A DNA stretch of 63,939 nt, the filler included, from Thelocarpon superellum (taxonomy: Eukaryota): the NCBI GenBank assembly GCA_026025795.1. It is 3 parts of 3 records of this genome, joined end to end, with 100 filler letters (N's around TTAATTAATTAA, not from the genome) between each part and the next. Parts side by side here need not be neighbours in the genome. Positions count along the whole stretch, not along the records: positions 22,947 to 45,729 come from JAPEUG010000290.1; positions 45,830 to 63,939 come from JAPEUG010000365.1; 1 more part is not named here. The stretch is one strand, 5' to 3'. The position numbers and the translations under genes are program-made. Positions 38,158-48,030 of this stretch are shown one piece after another (the first letter of the stretch is position 1; every line of letters begins with the position of its first letter). The notes beneath the pieces were generated by a model that did no database searches, was not told the DNA's origin, and worked only from the letters and a program-made list of their open reading frames with translations.

Positions 38158-39519
38158 ATGTCAACAACTGCGACGGCCGCAGCCTCGAAGCAAGATACAA
38201 CTTCTGCCGTCCATGATGGAAGTCGCACAGATCCCATCGCGACGCAGCCTGTCCAGCATGCACATTACAAAGGCTTTGTGGCGGGCATGTTTTCCGGCGT
38301 TGCGAAATTGAGCGGTGAGTCTCTTCAAGCCTTCCTTGGAGATCATGCTGATCGAGTGCAGTCGGGCACCCGTACGTGCAACCCGTGCAAGATATCTTCT
38401 CCACTAAATCCCAGCAGATTCGACACCGTCAAGGTTCGACTGCAGACATCAACCGCCTCCCAATTCCGCGGTCCGTTGGATTGTCTCCTCCAGACCGTGC
38501 GAGGCGAGGGAATCACGGGATTGTATAAAGGGGCCACGCCTCCTTTGATAGGATGGATGTTCATGGACTCAGTGTGAGTGCTTGGTATCCACCTACCCAG
38601 CCATCCACCCATACTTGCGTCCACATCGAATCTGACCCTAGTCCTCGTCATACAGTATGCTCGGGTCTTTGACGCTGTACCGACGCATGCTACAGGAGAA
38701 CGTCTTCTCGTCAAGCAAGATACCGGCCTCTCCACCCAGCCTTGACGAGATGTATCCGGCCACGAGACAAGGCGCGCAGCAGCTCCCCACCATTGGACAT
38801 GCCATCGCGGGCGTCATGGCCGGGTGGACGGTAAGCTTTATTGCGGCACCGGTGGAGCACATCAAAGCGCGATTACAGATCCAATACGCGGCGGATAAGA
38901 GGCTGCGACTATACAGCGGGCCCGTAGACTGCGCCTCCAAGATTGTACGCTCCTCCTGCCACTCATCTCTCCATCTCCCCATCTTGCCATCGTCCTCCTG
39001 ACACAGTCCACAGTATCGCTCGCACGGCACGCGAGGCCTGTATCACGGACTGGGAGCGACGTTGTTATTCCGCAGCTTCTTCTTCTTCTGGTGGGGCAGC
39101 TATGACATTTTCACGCGTCTGTTGTCAACAAACACGACTCTATCCACGCCGGCCGTGAACTTCTGGGCTGGCGGCCTGTCCGCCCAAATCTTCTGGATAA
39201 CGAGTTACCCCGCCGACGTCGTCAAGCAGCGCATCATGACCGATCCGCTGGATCAGCGTCTGCGTCGATTCCCCCACTGGAGAGACGCCGCGAAGGCCAT
39301 CTGGGCCGAGAATAGATGGAGAGGCTATTGGCGGTGCGTGGACTCACCCTCTTTCTCACTTCCCGCGGGGCTTGGCTCATGTCGGGCCTCGATCAAGAAA
39401 GCGGATGTGGCTGACGAGAGTAATTCTCTAGTGGGTTTCTCCCTTGTTTTCTGAGAGCTTTCCCTGCCAATGCCACGGCGTTGTTGGCTTTCGAGGCGGT
39501 CATGAGGACTTTGCCTTGA
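38158..39519 (+). CDS. Mitochondrial carrier (SLC25) protein, carnitine/acylcarnitine-carrier-like clade, 6 exons
   Basis: Three carrier signatures: HPFDTVKVRLQ, APVEHIKARLQ and YPADVVKQRIM. Ends RAFPANATALLAFEAVMRTLP. The model needs a 10-nt micro-exon at 38362-38371. Confidence 0.92.
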
Positions 39520-39657
39520 GGGTAACTGGAAAGGGTAGGACGGAGCGGGGGCCGGATGTACGAATACTCACGAGAGCAAGAAGCTAAGCGGCATGGTTAT
39601 CTGGGAGTCGGCGCTGGTGGAGCATTTCTCAGAAACATCTCCTGTATTGGTTGGAGT

Positions 39658-39696
39658 ACAAGCACAAGCACAAGCACAAGCACAAGCACGAGCACG
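39658..39696. repeat. (CAAGCA)n hexamer microsatellite
   Basis: acaagcacaagcacaagcacaagcacaagcacgagcacg, between two convergent 3' ends. A related GAGCAY run lies at about 39932-39970. Confidence 0.9.
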
Positions 39697-40096
39697 TAAT
39701 GCAGCACTCCTCTCTCTGATTTATCGGCAAGCACGCGAGCACAGCGCATCCATGTGAATCCAAACCAAAAAAAGGTGGGGAGAAGCAAGCCTGCAGACAG
39801 AGTGGAACATGTGCCCGGCACCCGCACCTGACCCGAGGAACTCCACGACTGCCACCACACGAACAAAGAGCCTCTCTACTTGGACAAGGAGACGACAAAG
39901 GGGAAGTCGACGTCTGGTCATGAGGAGTGACGATGAGCATGAGCACGAGCACGAGCGTGAGCATAAGCATATGTGCGGCCGTAACGATCGATGCAGAAAC
40001 GCCGTGATGCAGCAAAATCCAGCTCGCGACTGGATCCATGACCGAAGGAGCGCGGAAACGGTCGAGGGGCGCCTCTTCATGCTTCTTGTCCCGCGC

Positions 40097-42202
40097 CTAG
40101 GACTTTCGCCGTGCCGTGCCCATTGCCCCCACACTCCCGACCCGCCCACTGGTTTTGCGTACGCCATTGCTCGTCGCATACCCACCCTCCTTGAGTCCGG
40201 CCGCTTTATCGCTGTTTCGCTTGGGGCTCGATCGGACTTTGGACACGCTAAGATTGCTCGCTCCACTGCCGGATTTGCTGCCAGCCGGCGTCCGGGGCTG
40301 TTGTGGAGGGGTGCCCATGTGATGGTGATTCTCAATGTCACTCTCGCTCCCGACAGGCACTTGGTAGCTGGTCGTGGTGGTGGTGCAGCTGACGGCGCGC
40401 GTTTCCCGCGCTGGTGCCGTGGGCGAACGTGAGGAGGTCCGGCGCGCCAACATGCGCAACTGCCATTCCTCTTCGCTCTCACTTTCGCCTTGTGCATGGC
40501 GGTGCATGGCGATGATCTCGGTGCTTCCCTGCCCTCCATTGCTCTCGTCCTGCGTATGGCTGGCGGATGTCACGCGTGAATAAGGATGGTGACGGTCGCG
40601 TATGCGGCTAGCCTTCCGCGGCTGCCCGGGTGTGGGCGCCGGCAGGTTGTCGTCTTGCACGGGCACTGCCTGACCTTCATTGTTGTCCACCTCGCCCAGC
40701 GGAGCCCGTTTGGATTGCTGGGTGCTCGGCGTGTTGGCTGGCTGCGTCTGCACAACGCGGTGCTTCTGCGATGTCTTGGGCGTCGACGGGAGCATGGCCG
40801 CCAACTTCTCCTTCATCGTATCCTCCCAGTACCATTCCCGGAAAACACCTTGGTTCAGGTGTAACCAATGTTGCTGTGGACCAACCACCATACCAGGTCG
40901 CATAAATCGCATAAACGCAATGACCTCGTTGGCGGTGAAGCCGTGACGGTAGATCAGATAGGCGCCGATCAGGCATCCTGTCCGTCCCAGGCCAGCCTTG
41001 CAGTGCACGGCGATCCCCCGATGCTTGACGGTAATGGTCTCGTGAGCAAGCTTGATAAACTTGCGCACGAGCATCAGGGGTGGACATGTTCCATCGTCGA
41101 AGATCATATCGATGTGGCTCATCCCCAGCGCGGTGAAGTATGAAGGGGAGTAGAGTTCCGAGTTGAGCCGCACCACAAGACCAACGTTTCGCATCGAGAA
41201 ATGAATGAGCACATTCTTGAAGGGTCGTGGCAGATCGCTCGCGACCAGCGCCGAGACGGATTTGGGAATTTTCTCGTAGGCTGACGACGACTGCGGAACC
41301 GCTTGCACGGGTGCATGCTGAGGTGACGCAAAGGCCAAAAACGAGGGTGTCAACCAGTTAAAGTCGCCCATGTCAACACGCTCGTACTTTTCGTATCTGC
41401 TTGTCGCGTCAACATCCCTTCGGCATGAAGGGACCGGGTAGCGCCTACTCGTGAAGGCTGAAGTCGGCCAGACCACAAAGCTCCTCCTCCTTGGCTTTCC
41501 AGACGCCGTAGACGACGTCCTGAAGCCCGATGACATAGTCCGCCTGGCTATAGCCAGCGTCTCGGAACGGCATAAACGGCGGGTCGGCTTGCGCGATCGG
41601 CGCCAAGGCCAGATGTGGTGGCCAGGACTGGATCAGGACCATGTAGCACGCCAGAAGACATGCCGCATTTGCCCGACCTAGGGGCACGCACTGAGCATCA
41701 GCACCTTTGTTCGAGCATGACCTGAGGGGGTGAAGCATACTTCGAGCGTCAGCCTTGCTCCAGAACACCACCCCCCGATCCTCTCCCTCGACCAGGAGAT
41801 CGTGAAGCTGCACGGCAAAGCGATACAAATGGCCGATGTGGAGTGGGCCAAAGTCATGATGGAAGGCGTTGTATAGCAGCGACTCATCGATGGAGAAGTA
41901 GATCGGAGGACGTGCGGCGGAGGAGGTCTCGGTGGAGTTTGTTCCCGCCCGTGACCGTCCGGACCGCTTGCTTGGAGACTGACTGGCGCTGGTCGGATAG
42001 GGGAAGGGAGTCTGATCCGTGGGCGGGTGGGTGTATGAGGCAAGGTACAGTCGATCTGCAGGGGGATTAGCGTCGCAGGGAAAGAAAGACCACCGGTCTG
42101 GTAGGGTGGACCGATGGCTGGCGAGACGGGGCATGGCAAGATACCTGGAATGTATTCGATCACTTGGCCATAGCTGGCGCTGGAGGAAGGAGACATGTTC
42201 AT
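40097..42202 (-). CDS. CDC14: Dual-specificity protein phosphatase Cdc14, 4 exons
   Basis: Motifs YGQVIEYIPDRLYLASY, YNAFHHDFGPLHIGHLYRFA, PFRDAGYSQADY, catalytic VHCKAGLGRTG and RPGMVVGPQQHWL. Confidence 0.96.
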
Positions 42203-43017
42203 CGGGGAAGGCACGCGACCTGAACGAGGGACTTGACAGAAGTATCCCGACGATGGCCCGAGCTCACACGGATGAGTGGAAGATGCTCGCCTTCTCTAAC
42301 GAGCGATGGCGGAGCCGCGATGGGGCGTCGGAAGCTACAAGGCGTGGATGGCCGTCCAGAGCGGGAGGCGTTGAATGCGCTGGGGACGAGCGACCAGTAG
42401 CAAGGTCGAAGTCGCCACCAACGAGCGTCCGAGGCGACCTTGCAAGCTGCAGGGGACCCTCTAACCCAGGAAATGCAGCATAAGAGATGCGATGGCCGAG
42501 AAGAGAGAGATGGGCGGGGCGGCGAGGCAGCGGGCGGCGGTCGACCGGGTGGAAAAGAGTGAGGGTTGGCGGCGAGAACGCGATGATGATATCGCTGGTG
42601 GAGGTGGTGGTACAGATCCGGGTGGAGTGCTCCCCATACACAGACTAAGGTAGTAATGTTGTGGCTCCTGGCATTGATTATTGTGCCATGCTTCCCATCT
42701 CAATCTCATGGGGAATGGCTCGCGCTAGGCCAGATTGTGGATGTTGTTGTTTTGGCGAGGCTCGATCTGGCATAGCCATGGTGTGTTAGTCATGTTCCAC
42801 GGTACGGAGTCCGCACGGAACCGTAGTCACAGCAACCCACTACAATGACAATAGCATTATCGCGCAACTGCCGGGCGTCGAACTCACGAATTTACGTGCC
42901 CGTCCGCACGGCACTTTCGTGCGCACCAGACCCTGACTTACCCCGCCCTCCCTTCCGAACAACGTCACCAGCACCATACCTGAGCCATACATTCTGTCGA
43001 CCTGTCGACTTGTTGCC

Positions 43018-43493
43018 ATGGCCTCGGGCGCTTCACCTGCAGAGCCTGGCTTCCCGTACTCACTGTAAGCGCTGACCCACGCACTTGTGGAGACCCAATA
43101 TCGCACGGGGAGTCTGTCGTTGATGGATTCCCTAGCGTCATCTCCGTCCCTTTGCCCACCAATCGTCTTGCAGGCAGCGCACTACGTGCGCTACAAGTTG
43201 ACAAGGAGTTATCACCTCTGGTTCAACGAGTATATTCTTTGGAGTCTCCTGAGCCACCTCCACAGGGCACAGGGGCGAATGGCATCGATGCCACCCCTCC
43301 GCCGCCGATACACGAGACCATCTTAAGGACGGAATACAGAGCAACGACCAATCGAATGCTACGTGTTGCAGTCAATGGGTTCATGGAGAGCCTGGGAGTC
43401 GTTCTCGGCGTCATGCAAGAGCTAGATGTGGACGTCATTTCCGCACCTAGTGGTAAAACCTCGTTGGGAAGATCAAGCGTTGCGAGCACGTGA
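43018..43493 (+). CDS. PCC1: EKC/KEOPS complex subunit Pcc1, 2 exons (intron 43065-43135)
   Basis: FPYSLVISVPLPTNRLAGSALRALQVDKELSP...YRATTNRMLRVAVNGFMESLGVV matches the Pcc1/LAGE3 pattern. Confidence 0.88.
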
Positions 43494-43540
43494 GATTAGG
43501 CTGCGACGATGATGTTGCCACGTTGGATTAGTTCTACCAT

Positions 43541-45320
43541 CTAGTAAAGGACGGAGATCCTCGAGAAAGGTACATCTACCTTGCTTTGAAACGAGTCGTG
43601 CCCTGGCTGATTCCCACTCCCAAGAATCGAATAGCTCATCCCCTGCTCCGAGAGAGCGCCGAAGTGATTATCGCAGCAAAGCACGTCGCTTCGACTGCTC
43701 CCTTCGACTCCGTTGCTGGAATCGACGGCGTTGGTATCGAATGTGGCGGCAATCGTACCAAAGATGATCCTTATCCCGTCCAGTTGGACAGGCTCCAGCC
43801 CCCCCGGCTTCCCATGCGCTGTCTTGCTCATGATCCCCATTTGACTCGCATTGGAAGGCTCTGCCTGCGTAAACGAAGGCGGGGAAAGAAAGAATTGAAC
43901 GACATCACCAGGGCGGGCGACTTCGCCCATGAAGACACCGTCAGCATCGTGAAGGAGGTCGCGGAGGCCGAGGCTAGAGGCCTCTAATGTACGAGCGGAG
44001 TAAGAATCTTCGGGGTCAAGTGACAACAAGCCTTTCTTCTGGCCCCATCCACCCCCACCACTCAGCACCCGCCGAAGCTGGGCGCCTTGTGCGATGAAGC
44101 GGCCGACCTTTTCTTGCCATTCCTTCGTCGGCGAACCCCCAGATTCATCGACCGTCCACGGGCCGTCAAGCTGAGTAGATCCTCCTGAACGCTCGTAAAA
44201 TATTCCATCCCGTCCATTGTCCGCCACGTATTCTTGGGGGAAGAGGAGTGCCCAGATGGAAATGGGTTGGGGATGGAGATCATGATCGTCGAAGTACGAG
44301 GCCACGGCTTTCTCAAGCTCATCGGATGCAGGAGCAGGTTTTCCTGCGCCGCCGGCGCCGGTTGTCTTGCGAATGATGTTGCCAACACCTTCCACAATCC
44401 GACGAGGACGTGTCAGGGGTACGACCGGGACGCTAAGGTCGAGTTCCGCTCGTGGCTCTCGCGAACTCGACGAATCGCTCCGATGGACGTATGGGAGCTG
44501 TATTTGGGGCTGATAGACCTCTCGCCTCCGCTGTGCGACCCATGTTGAGCTTTTGGGAAGTCGAATGAATCTTGACGCGGTCATGGTGGATCGGGCGCCA
44601 TTCTGAAAGAGCGTGTTCGCCAGTGGAATCTCGACCGAGCTCCGATGCTCATCTGTTTCCAGCAAGAAGGAAATGCTATCTCGTTGGACGATGTTCAGCG
44701 GATCGACCTCTGGTCGCGCCCCCTCATTCGCCCATAAATTGGGAGCCATCTTGTTAGATGGAGCCAAACATATCGTTAGTCCTTCCATGCCATGATCAGG
44801 AGAGATGACCGAATGAATCTCATGCCTTCGAGTCGCGGCCGGGATCTTGTCGATGACTCCGGCAAGGACATCACACTCCTCTGCGGACGCTTCTGGGGTT
44901 TTGTGACCAGCGAGTATACGGAAAAGAACTTCAGAGAGAAAGGTAGAGTCGGTGTTCAGCAGATGCGTGAAAGTCGGAGTCAACAGGAGCACAAGTAAAG
45001 GGCGACGCGATGTCCCCGCCACCGTGCCGCTGGTAGATGTGTTTGAAATATCTGCGGTTGAGAGCTGCGCGAGGAGATCGGATGGGCTCTGTAAGGGCGA
45101 TCAGCGTAGGTCCCGCGGCTTCGGGCAATGGCCTGTCCGATTGATGACGAACCGTCCTGCCAGGTGAGGGCGTAATGATTGAGCGGAAGGTACCGCCGAG
45201 GGCCGGTTGCGTCGGCGCAATGCCCACACTTCTTCTCCCGCCATCTCGCCAGCTGTGATAGGCCCGAAGCCTCCCAGTGGGTAGAACGACTATTGGGCCG
45301 ATGCAACGTAAGGAGCTCAT
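43541..45320 (-). CDS. Conserved fungal hypothetical protein, about 570 aa, with an Arg-rich, possibly mitochondrial presequence; 2 exons
   Basis: 493-aa ORF with VEIPLANTLFQNG, LTRPRRIVEGVGNIIR, VLSGGGGWGQKKGLLSLDP and FGALSEQG. It extends upstream through a GTTCGT...GCTGAT...CAG intron to ATG 45320. Confidence 0.7.
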
Positions 45321-45729
45321 CGCTGAGGGTGACGTCACGTGGATGCAACACGGACCAGAAGCGCACGCCTGCTTCAGAGCTCCAACAGTGACGGGGAAAT
45401 GCATGCGAGCTCACACACACATCCTATCCTCGAGCCGTCTCGCCCGGTCCTTGCGGGGATGGAGAGGGTCAGCAGATCATCACCAGATCTCAAGGGCGCG
45501 CGGCTCCGGGGTATAGACGGGTAGCGTCAATTGGTCGCGTCGGCAGTGGAGTCAGGCACGACACTAAGCCGACTGGCTAACTGAATCGTTGTCGTTCCTG
45601 AACTGTCACCGCCCTCCCAGCTGCACGGGAGCGTGAAGGGCTCGGCACTTTCCACCCGCCGCAAGATGCGACCTGCCAGGAGCCACTTCGCCTAAGCCGA
45701 CGGGGATCAAGTCGATAGCTTTGAATTGT

Positions 45730-45829
45730 NNNNNNNNNNNNNNNNNNNNNNNNNNNNNNNNNNNNNNNNNNNNTTAATTAATTAANNNNNNNNNNNNNNN
45801 NNNNNNNNNNNNNNNNNNNNNNNNNNNNN
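45730..45829. other. Artificial scaffold gap (N44-TTAATTAATTAA-N44)
   Basis: Same N-run and linker structure as the gap at 22847. Confidence 0.97.
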
Positions 45830-46061
45830 CATGCGTCTCGGTATCTGCGGAGGTCAGTCTGCCGCAGGTCCGCCACCACTGCATCCATCCTCACCGGGTG
45901 ATCAAATGATCAATGTCCTGAAAGGTGGCATTCTTCTTGCCCAAGGCGGCCTGGAGATCCTTTTCGGCGTCTTGTGCTAGACTGCAGCTGTCAGAGAGGA
46001 CTGAATGACAGCTACAAGCTCAGGGCACTCACTCCCATGATTGCTCCACAGTCGAGGCCAT
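45830..46061 (-). CDS. 5' fragment of a probable Est1/Ebs1/SMG7-like protein, truncated by the gap (exons 46061-46033, 45981-45895, 45844-45830)
   Basis: Two canonical introns give the in-frame reading MASTVEQSWDLAQDAEKDLQAALGKKNATFQDIDHLITRYRDA. As I recall them, this resembles the N-termini of filamentous-fungal Est1/SMG7-family proteins. Confidence 0.6.
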
Positions 46062-46618
46062 CCCGTCGACGATGCGACCAGAAGATCAGGGGCGATGATC
46101 CGCACGATCCAGGCTGAGGGTCAGACGAAGAACTCGGACCCAGAGCGATGTGGAGTGTGGGGATGATCCATGGGAAGCGTGAGGCTGCATCAGCTGGACG
46201 GCAAGAGGTGTGACATCCGGGCCTTGGGACGACAAGCCCGGAATTTCGGAGTCGAACGCAGCACCGAAAACATTTGCGTTGGCGTGAATGGCAGCGGGGA
46301 CAATCGAAGCTAAGAAGGTGAAGTGATGCTTTTCTGGTCGGGGAGGCGGGGGAATGGGAGAGGTGGAGATCAAGTCCGGAAAGGAGCCAGCCTGAGCCAC
46401 AATAAGCCACGGACGGCGGGGCGAGAGCGGTGATTGGTGGAGCGCCCCCGCACTACCGGAGCTGCGTAACATGGCTGGTGCCATTCGTGATGCGAACGGA
46501 GCTCCCCCTCTAGAGCAGAGTGCTCCTTCTGAACTGGAGCTCTCCCTCTTAGATGGGGTCCTCCCCCGGCAATTGTATATCGACAACCCGTTCTTGAAAT
46601 GATGTTCTGGCACCCATA

Positions 46619-47568
46619 ATGGCCAAACGTCCACGGGGAGAGGTGATCTTTACCGATGCCCCCGAAGTCGATCTCCCCCCTTCGAGCAAACATACCCACC
46701 TCGAGGAGGGGACCCCACCGCCGACAGAAGATGCCAGCGTGATGCGATGCTCGTTGCCCCCACATCCCGAGACCCTCCACTTCCCCTCCTACGAAGCGTA
46801 CGACATTCACTACGCCCAGCACCATGTCAATCGGTGTTCGGAATGCGCGCGAAACTTCCCCACCAACCATTTCCTCGAGCTCCACATCGAAGAGAACCAT
46901 GACCCGCTCAACGAAGCGCGTCAGGCCAGGGGAGACAAAATTGTGAGCGCTAGACTAGGGGCCCTGACGGTCGCGCACGGGGACTGACGATGGACGGGAG
47001 GATCACAGTATGGCTGCTTCGTCGAGGGTTGTGATCGGAAGTGCTCCGCGCCGCGGAAGCGGAAGAGACACCTGATCGACAAGCACATGTTTCCCAAGGT
47101 AGTCCCCATCGGCCGTCGAAACGGTGACACTTCTGATGGGTCACGGTACAGGACTACGACTTCCTCATTGTCGACCATGGCATGGACCGGCGAAGTTCTA
47201 TGCTACGCTCCGCACGGTCGGGCCGGCGTCGAAGCTCGGCCGCGATACATGCCCCAGTCATTCAACCACGGGCCCGGAAACACGTAACAAGGCGGGCCAC
47301 CAAGGAGGCCGACCGAGGCGGCATGAGTGAGGAGCCGACCAAGGACGGGAGTGGCGCCAGTGACGATGAAGACGACAACTCGAGCGAGGATGAAGCTCCC
47401 GCCGCGCAGAAAGGGAACGATGATGCCAAGGTCCCGGCCGAGGAGACAGCAGATGGCGCCAAGGACGTCCGTGAGCTTACGGATTCGCTGGCGGCGTTGA
47501 GATTTGTCCCACCCCGCGTACGATTTGGAAAGGGCGGGAGTGGGAGCAGTGGCAGGAAGATCCCCTGA
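46619..47568 (+). CDS. C2H2 zinc-finger protein (ZNF511-like), 3 exons
   Basis: CSLPPH...YDIHYAQHHVNRCSECARNFPTNHFLELHIEENHDPL / YGCFVEGCDRKCSAPRKRKRHLIDKHMFPK / DYDFLIVDHGMD...LRFVPPRVRFG. Confidence 0.87.
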
Positions 47569-48030
47569 GGTGGCATCATCTGAGATCGAGATCGTCAATC
47601 ACGCAAGGGGATGGGCAGTCGTAAGATCGCCAAGTCCCGGATGATGGCCGTGGCATTGGTATCGAGGAGATTAGTGTTTCCACGCGCTATGACTCATAAG
47701 ACACAGGATTGAAGGTTCTATGGTCACACGTAGGGTGGAAGAGGGGAGGGAGTGAGAGACGACCGCAAAGTTGACAAGAAAAAAGGTAGAAAGGTGCAAA
47801 AAGCAGGAGAAGAAAACACGGCCGAGACACGCCACGAGAAGCCCACAGAATCCGGCCTGGCACGGTCAGATCCACACATGCAGAGACATTTCCTGCTGAG
47901 GCCCGTCCCAAAGGCGCCGCCGTCCGTGTATCCCATGCCCATCGGTCAAGTGTTCGTGTGATGTCTCTGTGTCTATGATGTCGACCTCGAGCGTTGTCCG
48001 GCCCCGCCGACCTCAGGCCCTTCGCCGCAC

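Noticed and set aside
46368..46400. caagtccggaaaggagccagc resembling SRP RNA helix 8
   Set aside because: The symmetric loop is imperfect, and no long flanking helix or Pol III terminator is seen.
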